From Gammaproteobacteria bacterium (GTDB lineage Bacteria; Pseudomonadota; Gammaproteobacteria; Steroidobacterales; GCA-2729495): 27,854 bases of DNA. The notes below the pieces were generated by a model. It did no database searches. It worked only from the letters and a program-made list of their open reading frames with translations, and was not told the DNA's origin. Each line of letters begins with the position of its first letter. Position 1 is the first letter of the stretch. The position numbers and the translations under genes are program-made. The DNA lies in NCBI GenBank assembly GCA_048550095.1, contig JBLYYV010000100.1, forward strand, positions 1 through 27,854. The letters run 5' to 3'. Positions 17,563 to 27,335 of this stretch are shown one piece after another.

Positions 17563-18540
17563 CTACAGGAGGTCTTCGACCGCGGCGCGTTCTTCGCGCA
17601 GCTCCGCGTCGGTTGCATCCATGCGTTCACGGCTGAAGTCGCTGATGTCCAGGCCCTGCACGATTTCGTACTTACCCTGGCTGCAGCGGCACGGGTACGA
17701 GTAGATTACGCCCGGCGCGATGCCGTAGCTGCCGTCCGACGGGACCGCCATGCTGACCCAGTCGTCGCCCGGCGTGCCGAGCGCCCAGTCGCGCATGTGA
17801 TCGATTGCCGCGGATGCCGCAGAGGCGGCGCTCGACAATCCGCGGGCCTTGATGATCGCGGCGCCGCGCTGTTGAACGGTCGGGATGAAGTCGTCCACCA
17901 GCCAGCTCTCGTCGACCAGGTCCGACGCGGCGCGGTCGTCGACGACGACTTCGCTGATGTCGGGATATTGTGTCGCGGAATGGTTACCCCAGATCGTCAT
18001 ATTGCGAATCTTGCTGACGTGTGAGCCGGTCTTGGTGGCCAGTTGCGCGAGTGCGCGATTGTGGTCCAGGCGCGTCATCGCGGTGAAGTTTGCCGGATTC
18101 AGATTCGGCGCGTTCTGCTGCGCGATCAGCGCATTGGTGTTTGCCGGGTTGCCGACGACGATCACTTTGATATCGCGGCTGGCATGGTCGTTCATGGCCT
18201 TGCCCTGTACCGAGAAGATCGCGGCATTGCCTTTCAGCAGATCGGCGCGTTCCATCCCCGGTCCGCGCGGCTTGGCACCGACGAGGAGCGCGTAGTCCGC
18301 GTCGGCGAACGCGACGTCGGGATCGTCGGTCGACACGACACCGTGCAGTGTCGGGAATGCACAGTCTTCGAGCTCCATCGCGACGCCCTTCAGGGCGTCC
18401 AGGGCGGGCGGAATCTCCAGGAGTTGCAGGATGACCGGCTTGTTGCTGCCGAGCAGCTGGCCCGATGCGATGCGAAATGCCAGCTGATAACCGATCTGTC
18501 CGGCGGCGCCGGTAATTGTGACTCTGGCGGGTTGTGTCAT
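17563..18540 (-). CDS. mdh: Malate dehydrogenase (type 2 / cytosolic-like)
   Basis: [50 protein letters not shown] and [11 protein letters not shown]. Confidence 0.97.
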   Translation of the reverse strand: MTQPARVTITGAAGQIGYQLAFRIASGQLLGSNKPVILQLLEIPPALDALKGVAMELEDCAFPTLHGVVSTDDPDVAFADADYALLVGAKPRGPGMERADLLKGNAAIFSVQGKAMNDHASRDIKVIVVGNPANTNALIAQQNAPNLNPANFTAMTRLDHNRALAQLATKTGSHVSKIRNMTIWGNHSATQYPDISEVVVDDRAASDLVDESWLVDDFIPTVQQRGAAIIKARGLSSAASAASAAIDHMRDWALGTPGDDWVSMAVPSDGSYGIAPGVIYSYPCRCSQGKYEIVQGLDISDFSRERMDATDAELREERAAVEDLL

Positions 18541-18555
18541 AGGTTGTTCTTCCTG

Positions 18556-18897
18556 TCAGCGATTCTGTTTCTTGTAGGCCCGGACCTGCTCATTGAAATC
18601 CGCGGCAACTTTTTCCATTTCGTCCACCGCCGCATTGTGGCGCTGGGTATGCATTTGCAGCTCGTCCGCCGTAGGTTCGCGGCCGAGCTCCGATTCTTCC
18701 CGGTCGAGGCATTCGAGGTAAGACTCCATCTCCGTCATGTACTTCTTGATGAGCGACTGCGCATCGACCAGTTGTTCGGTGGTCGCGGTCGCTCCATCCG
18801 GAATCGCCACGCGTTGTGGGTATGGGCAAGCGGCGTCAACCGCAGATGCGAAGCTTACGGCGCACACAGCGATGAACAGTCTGCTTATTCTTGGCAT
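18556..18897 (-). CDS. Small secreted hypothetical protein, helical, two Cys in the mature part
   Basis: Signal peptide ending SAVDA-A, amphipathic helical pattern, GAG SD-like element upstream. Ends 15 bp before the mdh start. Confidence 0.8.
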   Translation of the reverse strand: MPRISRLFIAVCAVSFASAVDAACPYPQRVAIPDGATATTEQLVDAQSLIKKYMTEMESYLECLDREESELGREPTADELQMHTQRHNAAVDEMEKVAADFNEQVRAYKKQNR

Positions 18898-19143
18898 TCG
18901 TCAGGCTCCTCGGATGTGCGATCTGTCAGGGTAGCTGGTGATTAAACCCGGTGTTCTGACGGTCCTGATGGCAGGGAATGTCGACGCCGGATGATTTTTC
19001 GTGGCGAGATTATGCATCACAAACAGAATATTGCGCCAATATGCACGGTCGATAGATACGGCGCTGCGAGTCTGCCGAGAATTAAGGCTATGATTCTAAG
19101 TGTTTTTTTGATCGACGAAGGGTGCAGGCTTCGCGCGACTGCC

Positions 19144-21174
19144 TCATGCAAACAACTCGCGGTACGAGGTGTTGCCCCGGCTCGCCGTCAGCAGGAGGTT
19201 GAAATAGTCGGCTGCGGTCATCGGTTGACCGAACAACAAGCCCTGCACGAGATCGCAGTTGAGCACTTTCAGATAACTGAGTTGTAGTTCGGATTCGACG
19301 CCTTCCGCGACCACGTCCATTTTCATACTGTGAGCGAGATCGATAATGGCAGACACGATCGTCGTGCCTTCCTTGTTGATCAGGATTTCACGAATGAACG
19401 ACTGGTCGATTTTCAAAGTATCGATCGGGAACTGTTGCAGCGCGCTCAGCGACGAGTATCCGGTGCCGAAATCGTCGATCGACAGGCTGAGTCCCAGGTC
19501 GGAGAGCTGGCGCAGGATTCGGATCGTATGCTCCGGGTCACGCATCAGCGTTGTTTCAGTGATTTCGAGTTCCAGCGCCTGCGGTGATACCCCGTGTTTC
19601 TTCAGGATGCGCTTGATGCGATTCGTGAAGTTCGGTTGTGCGAGCTGCTTCAGTGACAGGTTGACCGAAACCTTGCCGCTTCCGGGAATCCGATGCTGCC
19701 AGTCACTCAGGTCCTTGCAGACCTGATTCAGCACCCATTCGCCGATCTGCACGATCAGGTTCGTTTCCTCTGCGAGGGGGATGAACTCGGACGGCAGAAC
19801 GAGTCCGCGATCCGTCAACTCCCAGCGAACCAGGGCCTCGGCGCCGGCGATGTCGCCCGTCTTGACGTCGATCTTCGGCTGGTAGTGCACGAGCAGTTCG
19901 TCGAGCTCGTATGAGCGTCGGAGCTTGCTCTTGAGAATCAGGCGTTCCACCGAAGCGGCGTTCATCTGTGCGTCGAAAAACTCGAATCGCGTGCGCGGAC
20001 TGCGCTTCGCATGGTACAGGGCTGCGTCCGCGTTTCTGATCAGCTCGATCACGTTGTCGGCGTCCTTCGGAAAACTCGCGATACCGATGCTGATGCCCAT
20101 GTGAATCTCGTGGCCCTGGACGATCAAGAGTTTGCCGAGGTCCTTGCGAAGCTTCTTGGCGAAGGATTGCAGATACGCGTTCAGCTCTTCCTTCGGGCGA
20201 TCCCACTCGATTGCTATCGCGAATTCGTCGCCGGCCAATCGCCCGGTGACGGCGTTCGCCGGCAGCAGCTTGGTCAGGCGACTCGCCAGGCATTCGAGGC
20301 ATGTGTCGCCGGCCGCGTGTCCATAGGTGTCGTTGATATCCTTGAAGCGATCGACGTCGAAGTACAGCAGCGCAACCTGCTTGCGGGTTTTTTGCGCGCG
20401 CGCGATGTGCTGCTGCAATAAATGCTGAAACTGCATTCGATTCGGGATTTTGGTCAGCGCATCGATCTTGGCAAGGTAGCGAATCCGTTTCTCGGTTGCC
20501 TTGCGCTCGGAGATGTTGCGGGCCGCGATGATGAAGCCCTTGTTCGCGAAACCATCCGCGTCGATGCGCGAGCACGTGTACGACACGGGGACCTCGACTT
20601 CTCCGCGGGTGACCAGCGCCGCCTCGTGCGTTCGTTTGTCGCTCCCCTGCATGAATTCATCGGCGAACCGCGTCGCCACAAGTTGGCGCATTGGCGTGCC
20701 ATTCAATTCGTCGGTTTCGTAGCCGAGCATGCGAGTCGCCGCCCGGTTGACGAACTCTATGGCACCCTCGTTATCTGTCTTGATGACAGCGTCATTGAGC
20801 GCGCCGAGCACGCGATCGAGTTCCTCGCGCGATACCTTGCGTTCATGCAGACGGTGGCTTAACCAGTGCAGAGATTCCGTTAACTGGCCGAGATCGTCCG
20901 CGTTGTCCGGCAAATTGTCGTCACCGCCATCGCCGATCTCGCTGCCGAGCTTCTGTCCCACCTCCACGAGATTGCGTGTCAGGACCGCCTGCCGGTACGT
21001 CAGCAGTGCGGCGATGGCCGCGACGATCGCGATCGTGGCGAGGATCGACAATGTCACCGCGTCCGGCCCGCCCGCAATCCTGCCTTGCCAGACCGCCGCT
21101 GCCGCAGCGGACACGGCGATCAGCGTGACCAGGGCAGTCACGAGGTATCTGGATAACAGGCTCAACGGTCGCAT
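19144..21174 (-). CDS. Membrane-anchored HAMP-like / PAS / GGDEF / EAL cyclic-di-GMP enzyme
   Basis: Two N-terminal TM helices, PAS (IEFVNRAATRMLGY), DALTKIPNR, FKDINDTYGHAAGD, AGDEF, EALVRW, ELEITE, DDFGTGYSSL, LKIDQSF and VAEGVE. Confidence 0.93.
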   Translation of the reverse strand: MRPLSLLSRYLVTALVTLIAVSAAAAAVWQGRIAGGPDAVTLSILATIAIVAAIAALLTYRQAVLTRNLVEVGQKLGSEIGDGGDDNLPDNADDLGQLTESLHWLSHRLHERKVSREELDRVLGALNDAVIKTDNEGAIEFVNRAATRMLGYETDELNGTPMRQLVATRFADEFMQGSDKRTHEAALVTRGEVEVPVSYTCSRIDADGFANKGFIIAARNISERKATEKRIRYLAKIDALTKIPNRMQFQHLLQQHIARAQKTRKQVALLYFDVDRFKDINDTYGHAAGDTCLECLASRLTKLLPANAVTGRLAGDEFAIAIEWDRPKEELNAYLQSFAKKLRKDLGKLLIVQGHEIHMGISIGIASFPKDADNVIELIRNADAALYHAKRSPRTRFEFFDAQMNAASVERLILKSKLRRSYELDELLVHYQPKIDVKTGDIAGAEALVRWELTDRGLVLPSEFIPLAEETNLIVQIGEWVLNQVCKDLSDWQHRIPGSGKVSVNLSLKQLAQPNFTNRIKRILKKHGVSPQALELEITETTLMRDPEHTIRILRQLSDLGLSLSIDDFGTGYSSLSALQQFPIDTLKIDQSFIREILINKEGTTIVSAIIDLAHSMKMDVVAEGVESELQLSYLKVLNCDLVQGLLFGQPMTAADYFNLLLTASRGNTSYRELFA

Positions 21175-21430
21175 CGGTTGCGTTCATTTCCTCTGCGCAG
21201 ACGCGTGCACGACGGTCGCGGGCCTTCGTCGTGTTGCAGTGGTCCGTTGGGGGGAAACGAATCGCCTGCGCGCATGTTGTTGTTTTTCTCGCCAGGGTGA
21301 GGCAACCGCTGGCTGACTCGGGCTATTCCCGAATATTTCCGTATATGATATCACTCGTGGAAAGAATGGTGTCTAACATTCGGTTTTCCCGATAGAATTC
21401 GTTGTGTAGCAAGCGCTTGACGGTGGCTGG

Positions 21431-22825
21431 GTGGACAAGGACGCGCATAAAAGTGCCCTGATCGTTGACGATTCGCGCACGGCTCGCGAGGCGCTCGCAC
21501 GCGTGCTTCGGCAGCACCAGATTGCGGTCGAGATGGCCGAATCCGCCGAGGAGGCGCTGGAGGTCCTGGTCCGTGCGCGCCCCGACGTGATTTTCATGGA
21601 TCACCTGATGCCCGGCATGGACGGGTTTCAGGCCGTTCGAGCGATCAAGGACAATCCGGCCACCGCAACGATCCCCATCATGATGTATACGTCTCAGGCC
21701 GGCGAGTTATATGTCGGCCAGGCTCGCGCGCTCGGCGCAATCGGGGTATTGCCGAAACAGATCAAGCCCGTGCAGGTTTCGGAGACGCTGAAATCGCTGA
21801 ACCTGCTGCCGCGCGCGCAGGATCCGCAGGAGGTTGTCGAGAATCGGGTCGAGCCTGAGAGCGAAGTTCAGCAGACGCTGGCCGATGTCGAGGACATGAT
21901 GGAACCGGCCGACTGGAGCGAACTCCATCGCTGGTTCGCGCAGATGCTCGAACATCATGGTCACACCATGCGCGCGGACATCGAAGCGAGCGTTGCACGC
22001 CTGCTCAAAGCAAACGTCGATGAGCAGGATCCGACCGGGGAGCATCGCGTTCCCGGTCATGGCGACGTCCCGCACACGCAGCTCAGTCGCATGAATACGA
22101 CAACCTTGCTGGTCGCTGCGCTGGCGGTGTTCGCCGCGTTGTTCTTCTGGCTGTATGTCGAAAAGCAGCGCGACTGGCGCGATGTCTATGCGCAAAACGT
22201 CGAGTTGCTCGAAGTGCTGCAGGCGCAGCAGGCTGAGGCTGAAGCCGTCGGAGTTGACGCGAGGCTCGGCGGCCGCCCACCGATGGGCAGGACCGGATCA
22301 GAGCGCATCGTGCCGGAGCTCGAGTGGGCGGCCAATCAGTTCGCGTCGTATGGCGCGGCGGAAGTTCCGTTGAGCGATCAGCGGCTGGATTTGATCGAAA
22401 GCCTCGTCCGTCAGTTGCGCTCCGTGGGATTCCAGGGCGAAGTTCAAATCGATACCCACGTAGGCGACTTCTGTTACGTGCAGGGCGCCGAGGGTGTTCT
22501 CGAGTTCGCACCGGAAGAATTGCCGGTCGCTGACTGCGATCGCATCGGGCTCGATGAGGAAGAGGCGCGTGCAGTTTCGGCGAAGCAGTCCGTTGCATTC
22601 GCCAACTACCTGGCCGCGTTCGAGCGCGAGGCGGAGCGGGACGTCCGTATCAGTGTCAATGCGCACGGCAACTCGAGTCCGCAGTATTCATATCCGGCGC
22701 GATCGGCCGACAACACGGCCGGCGCCTGGAACGAAGTCGCGCGACAGAACAATCGTGTCCAGGTTCGCCTCGTCGCGGATACCGCCAGCCCGCCCGGTGA
22801 TTTCGGCCGGTCCGGGCGACGTTAG
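21431..22825 (+). CDS. Response-regulator receiver domain fused to a TM helix and an OmpA/MotB-like C-terminal domain
   Basis: Receiver residues intact (IVDDS, FMD, YTS, LPK). Hydrophobic TLLVAALAVFAALFFWLYV. C-terminal AHGNSSP...RQNNRVQVRLV resembles the OmpA-like G.G...P...NRRVEI motif. Confidence 0.8.
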   Translation: MDKDAHKSALIVDDSRTAREALARVLRQHQIAVEMAESAEEALEVLVRARPDVIFMDHLMPGMDGFQAVRAIKDNPATATIPIMMYTSQAGELYVGQARALGAIGVLPKQIKPVQVSETLKSLNLLPRAQDPQEVVENRVEPESEVQQTLADVEDMMEPADWSELHRWFAQMLEHHGHTMRADIEASVARLLKANVDEQDPTGEHRVPGHGDVPHTQLSRMNTTTLLVAALAVFAALFFWLYVEKQRDWRDVYAQNVELLEVLQAQQAEAEAVGVDARLGGRPPMGRTGSERIVPELEWAANQFASYGAAEVPLSDQRLDLIESLVRQLRSVGFQGEVQIDTHVGDFCYVQGAEGVLEFAPEELPVADCDRIGLDEEEARAVSAKQSVAFANYLAAFEREAERDVRISVNAHGNSSPQYSYPARSADNTAGAWNEVARQNNRVQVRLVADTASPPGDFGRSGRR

Positions 22826-22837
22826 GTCGCCGGGAAT

Positions 22838-23815
22838 TTGATGAGCGAGTTCAAGCCGCCGGGATTGTTGCGTGGCCCGCATGCGCAATCGATTGTTGCG
22901 CGCGTTGGCCTCAGGCGCGCGCGTGTGCGATCGCAAGCAGCCGAATTGATTGCGGCGTCCGAGGACATCGTTGCCGACGTCGGCGATGGCGTGCGCCTGC
23001 TCGTGCACCATACGGCGCCGCGAGGCGACGGCAACGGTAAATTGGCCGTGCTGCTGCATGGCTGGGAGGGCAGTGCGACCGCGACCTACGTGTTGTCGGT
23101 ATCCGACCGACTGTGGCGCGAGGGCTATCGCATCGTGCGCATTAACCTGCGCGATCATGGCGACTCGCATCATCTGAATGAAGAGTTGTTCCATTCGTGC
23201 CGGCTCGACGAGGTGATCGGTGTAGTGCGCTGGGCGCAACGGGAGTTTCCGCGCGATGACATGTATATGGTCGGTTCGTCGCTCGGCGGTAATTTCGCGC
23301 TGCGGGTCGCCGCGGGCGCGAGCGATTCAGGACTCGACATTCGGCGGGTCGTCGCGATTTGTCCGGTGCTCGATCCCGAGCAGACAATGCATGCCCTGGA
23401 CCACGGGTCGATCATCTATCAGCGCTATTTCATGCACCGCTGGCGGATGTCACTGGAACGCAAGAAGGCGGCGTTTCCACAGCGTTTCGATTTCACCCGC
23501 CTGGAGCGCTTTAATACGCTCGAGGATATGACCGACTACTTCGTTCGTCATTACACTGAGTATTCGGACCTGACGACGTACCTTCGCGGTTACGCCCTGA
23601 CCGAAGGGCGGCTCGAAGGCCTGACGGTACCCAGCACGATGCTCCTTGCAAAGGACGATCCCGTTATTCCCGTTGCGGGGCTCAAGCGAATCGCGCGACC
23701 GGACTGCCTGCGAATCGAGACCACGACGCACGGCGGGCATTGCGGATTCATATCCGATCTGCGGCTGAACAGCTGGGCCGACCAGTTCGTCATGCGCGAG
23801 CTGGAATTGAACTGA
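22838..23815 (+). CDS. YheT-family alpha/beta hydrolase
   Basis: GPHAQSI, LLHGWEGS, INLRDHG, GSSLGGN, AKDDPVIP and GGHCGF. Starts 12 bp after the receiver gene. Confidence 0.9.
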   Translation: MMSEFKPPGLLRGPHAQSIVARVGLRRARVRSQAAELIAASEDIVADVGDGVRLLVHHTAPRGDGNGKLAVLLHGWEGSATATYVLSVSDRLWREGYRIVRINLRDHGDSHHLNEELFHSCRLDEVIGVVRWAQREFPRDDMYMVGSSLGGNFALRVAAGASDSGLDIRRVVAICPVLDPEQTMHALDHGSIIYQRYFMHRWRMSLERKKAAFPQRFDFTRLERFNTLEDMTDYFVRHYTEYSDLTTYLRGYALTEGRLEGLTVPSTMLLAKDDPVIPVAGLKRIARPDCLRIETTTHGGHCGFISDLRLNSWADQFVMRELELN

Positions 23816-23847
23816 AGCGATCGATCCGGTCGTCAGCGGTTCGGTCG

Positions 23848-24231
23848 TCAACGATACCCGTAGCCGAGTTGCCTGATCGACGTCACGATTCCGTTCTCGA
23901 AGCGAATGACCCGCATCAGGCGGCGCGGACCGAAATTGTAGGTCCATTCCTCGATGACTACTTCTTCGTAGGCGCGATCCGCGAATAACAGCTCGCGATC
24001 GTTCCGGCCGGTTGAGCCGAGCCGATAACGCGTGTATCCGAGCGACCGGTTTCTGGGCACACCGGCGCGAACGAGGGTGCGGACCTGCACGGATTCGGGC
24101 TCCCCGCAGAACCTCAGCACCTTGCCCTGCGGCGCCCCGTCGCTGATGAGCCTGGAACCGCAGCGCAGTGCGGCCGCGGGCTGAGCCAGCAGCAGGGTGC
24201 CGACCAGAAAAATCAGGATTCGCCAGTACAT
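23848..24231 (-). CDS. DUF2845 domain secreted protein
   Basis: Signal peptide then LRCGSRLIS.G...KVLRFCGEP and EEWTYNFGPRRLMRVIRFENG, the DUF2845 pattern. Confidence 0.88.
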   Translation of the reverse strand: MYWRILIFLVGTLLLAQPAAALRCGSRLISDGAPQGKVLRFCGEPESVQVRTLVRAGVPRNRSLGYTRYRLGSTGRNDRELLFADRAYEEVVIEEWTYNFGPRRLMRVIRFENGIVTSIRQLGYGYR

Positions 24232-24379
24232 GGATGTAATCTCCGGTCACGAGGCCTTACTATCGCGCCTTGTTTTAGAGTTGAGCCCGACCCCAGCTTA
24301 CAGGCGGACACTGAATGGCCCATGAACGAATTCGAGCCGGCGCGCTACCCGGTGGTCCGTCACGCGAGCTCGCGGCGTC

Positions 24380-25942
24380 GTGAGCGACCAGCTCGAGCGT
24401 CGTCTCCAGGCGTTGTCGAAGCCCGACTTCGCCGGCTGCCTGCATGGCGGGCACCACGGCATCGAGAAGGAAAGCCTGCGCGTTACGCCCGACGGCTACA
24501 TTGCCGATACTGATCATCCGATCGGGCTCGGCTCGGCACTGACGAATCGATTCATCACGACGGACTATTCGGAGGCGCTGCTCGAATTCGTGACGCCGCC
24601 GGTCGGTTCCGTCTGGGAAGCCATCCAGTACCTGTGCGATATTCATCAGTTCGTCTACGGGCACCTCGACGAGGAGCTGCTGTGGGCGATGAGCATGCCG
24701 TGCATGATTCGCTCGGAAGCGGACGTGCCGCTGGCGCGTTACGGGTCATCGAACGTTGGCATGATGAAGACCGTCTACCGCCGCGGTCTCGGTTATCGCT
24801 ATGGCCGCAACATGCAGGCGATCGCGGGAATTCACTTCAACTATTCGCTGTCCGAGTCCTTCTGGCCGGTCTACCGCGATATCGAGGGCTGGGGTGCCGA
24901 CGAGTCCGAATTCCGCTCGCTGGCCTATCTCGGTCTCGTGCGCAATGTGCGGCGGCTGAACTGGCTGTTGCTATATCTGTTTGGCGCGTCACCTGCCGTG
25001 TGCAGGACTTTCCTGGCGGGTATCGATACGAATCTCGAGGCGTTCGACGCCGGCACGCTATACGGCCCCCATGCGACGTCGCTGCGCATGAGCAACATCG
25101 GTTATCAGAACTCGAATCAGGCGGCACTGAACGTTTCGGCCAACAGCCTCGACGAGTACATCCACGATCTCGACTATGCGGTTCGAACCCCGAACAAGTC
25201 CTATGAGGAAATCGGCATCAAAGTCGACGGCGTCTATCGTCAACTGAACGCCAACCTCCTGCAGATCGAGAACGAGTACTACAGCGCCGTGCGCCCGAAA
25301 CGCGTCGCGCGCAGCGGGGAGAAGCCCACCGAAGCCCTGCGGCGCGGTGGAGTCGAGTACGTCGAACTGCGGTCACTTGATATCAGCCCGTTTGATCCGG
25401 TCGGCATCAATCGGGTCCAGGTGAAGTTTCTCGAAACCTTCCTGATCTATTGCCTGCTAAAAGACAGCCCGCCGATCAGCATCCACGAGAAGCATGACAA
25501 CAGTCACAACCACGCGGAGTCAGCCGGTCGGGGCCGCGAACCCGGGCTTGAATTGCGGCGTCAGGGCCGTACCTGCAAGTTGCAGGACTGGGGGCTCGAG
25601 ACGTGCCGGGAGATGCTGCCTGTGGCCGGGCTGCTGGAGTCCGGCGGCGGTACCGCATACACGGATGCCGTCAATACGCAGATCGCTGCCCTGGAGGATC
25701 CGGAACGCACGCCATCCGCGAGGTTTATCGGTGAACTCACCGACAACCGGCAGAGCGTTTTCGAGTATGCGATGGAGCTGAGCCGACGATACAGGGACTA
25801 CTTCGGTGCGTTGCCTGACGACATGAATGCTCACCATCAGCCCCTGATCGATGAGAGTCGTGAGTCGCTGCTGCGGCAGGCGGACGTGGAGGCGGCCGAT
25901 ACGATCGACTTCGATGCCTACCTGGAGCGCTACTTCTCCTGA
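24380..25942 (+). CDS. gshA: Glutamate-cysteine ligase
   Basis: GIEKESLRV, ITTDYSEALLEFVTP, MQAIAGIHFNYS, ATSLRMS.IGY, LQIENEYYS.VRPK and EYVELRSLD. Confidence 0.97.
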   Translation: MSDQLERRLQALSKPDFAGCLHGGHHGIEKESLRVTPDGYIADTDHPIGLGSALTNRFITTDYSEALLEFVTPPVGSVWEAIQYLCDIHQFVYGHLDEELLWAMSMPCMIRSEADVPLARYGSSNVGMMKTVYRRGLGYRYGRNMQAIAGIHFNYSLSESFWPVYRDIEGWGADESEFRSLAYLGLVRNVRRLNWLLLYLFGASPAVCRTFLAGIDTNLEAFDAGTLYGPHATSLRMSNIGYQNSNQAALNVSANSLDEYIHDLDYAVRTPNKSYEEIGIKVDGVYRQLNANLLQIENEYYSAVRPKRVARSGEKPTEALRRGGVEYVELRSLDISPFDPVGINRVQVKFLETFLIYCLLKDSPPISIHEKHDNSHNHAESAGRGREPGLELRRQGRTCKLQDWGLETCREMLPVAGLLESGGGTAYTDAVNTQIAALEDPERTPSARFIGELTDNRQSVFEYAMELSRRYRDYFGALPDDMNAHHQPLIDESRESLLRQADVEAADTIDFDAYLERYFS

Positions 25943-25964
25943 TTAAACCGTAGCGCGCGACCCG

Positions 25965-27197
25965 TCATGCAAGGGCCGCGGTCGCGAGCGCCTTGAACTC
26001 GATGGATTCGTCGGCAAGGATTTCCGGATCGATGCGGGCTCCTGCCGCGATCAGTTTCTTCGACAGCATGAATTCGCGCGCCTTGTTGATAGCGTCCACG
26101 GCGATGAGTCGATCGCCATCCATGTAGAACGCCGCGAACGAGCGAGCGTCCGGATCGCCACGCAACACGACCTGATCGTGCTCGCCCGACAGCCCGACGA
26201 TCTGCAATTTCAGATCGTACTGATCCGACCAGAACCAGGGTATCTGCGCATACGGTTTCAATTGGCCGCAAATGGTCGCGGCCGCGGTCTTGGCCTGCTC
26301 CTGCGCATTGTGCACCGACTCCAGGCGGAGGCGCCGTCCCAGCAGGCTGTTGGGATGGTTGGTGCAGTCGCCGATCGCGAGGATATGCGGATCGCTGGTC
26401 CGGCAATACTCGTCCACCAGGATGCCGTCGTCGCAATCAATGCCGGCCGCCTCGGCGATATCCGTCGTCGGCAGGATGCCAACGCCGATGCAGACCATAT
26501 CCGCCGGGGATTCCTGGCCGTCCGACGCGCGCAGCGCCTCCACGTGACCGTCGCCCAGCAGTGTGCTGTTCGGATTGCGGTTGCAGCGGATGTCGACGCC
26601 TTCCTCGGTGTGCACCTTCTCGAAAAATGCCGAGACTTCCGGACACACGACGCGGTTCATGACGCGATCCGCCATCTCGCGGACCGTGACGTTCAGGCCG
26701 TGTTTGACCGCGACGGCGGCGACTTCCAGCCCGATATAACCCGCGCCGATAACGATCAGGTTCTTGCCGGCCTGAAAGTCGGGCTGCATTCGGCGGACGT
26801 CATCAATCGTTCGCAGGTAGTGCACGCCTTCGAGGTCGGCGCCGGGAATGTCGATCTTGCGGACCTGGCTTCCGGTCGCGACGACCAGGCTTCCGTATGC
26901 CAGTTTCTCGCCGGAACTCAGCTTGACCGTTCGATTCTGTGCGTCGATCGACTCGACGCGCGTCGACAGCCGGATGTCGACGTCATGATCGTCATAAAAC
27001 TTTTGCTGCCTGATAAACAGCCGATCGAGTTCCAATTCACCGGCAAGATACGCTTTCGACAACGGCGGACGCTGGTATGGGAGATACTTTTCCTCGCCGA
27101 CCATGATGATTTCGCCTTCGAAACCACCCTGGCGAAGCGAAACCGCGACCTGACCAGCCGCGTGACCCGCGCCGGCGATAATGACGTTGTCGGACAT
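25965..27197 (-). CDS. FAD-dependent NAD(P)H:ferredoxin reductase (putidaredoxin/rhodocoxin reductase-like)
   Basis: GAGHAAG, PYQRPPLSK, VIGAGYIGLEVA, RTSDP.ILAIGDC, RLESVHNA.EQA and PWFWSDQYDLKLQIVG. Confidence 0.9.
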   Translation of the reverse strand: MSDNVIIAGAGHAAGQVAVSLRQGGFEGEIIMVGEEKYLPYQRPPLSKAYLAGELELDRLFIRQQKFYDDHDVDIRLSTRVESIDAQNRTVKLSSGEKLAYGSLVVATGSQVRKIDIPGADLEGVHYLRTIDDVRRMQPDFQAGKNLIVIGAGYIGLEVAAVAVKHGLNVTVREMADRVMNRVVCPEVSAFFEKVHTEEGVDIRCNRNPNSTLLGDGHVEALRASDGQESPADMVCIGVGILPTTDIAEAAGIDCDDGILVDEYCRTSDPHILAIGDCTNHPNSLLGRRLRLESVHNAQEQAKTAAATICGQLKPYAQIPWFWSDQYDLKLQIVGLSGEHDQVVLRGDPDARSFAAFYMDGDRLIAVDAINKAREFMLSKKLIAAGARIDPEILADESIEFKALATAALA

Positions 27198-27251
27198 GTG
27201 TGCCTCGGATTATTGTTGCTGTGACAAGTGTTTTGCCCGTGCAGGCGGCCC

Positions 27252-27259
27252 ATTATACT
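27252..27259. promoter_or_regulatory. Overlapping divergent -10-like hexamers between the ferredoxin reductase and qor genes
   Basis: ATTATACT reads TATAAT on the minus strand (27257-27252) and TATACT on the plus strand (27254-27259), inside a 138-bp divergent intergenic region. Confidence 0.3.
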
Positions 27260-27335
27260 CGCTGGTCGGAGCACAAACGTCCGCGATATGCGTATCGTCA
27301 CGGCGGCCGCGCAGCAAATCAATAAGGGAAAGACG

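Noticed and set aside
19001-19016. TGGC...TGCA sigma54-like promoter
   Set aside because: GG-to-GC spacing is 9 nt rather than the required 10.
20921-21187. 88-aa ORF whose ATG follows GAGGAA, suggesting an alternative start or frameshift for the GGDEF-EAL gene
   Set aside because: SD spacing is too short, the ORF is out of frame and overlaps the TM-encoding region, and the main frame is intact.
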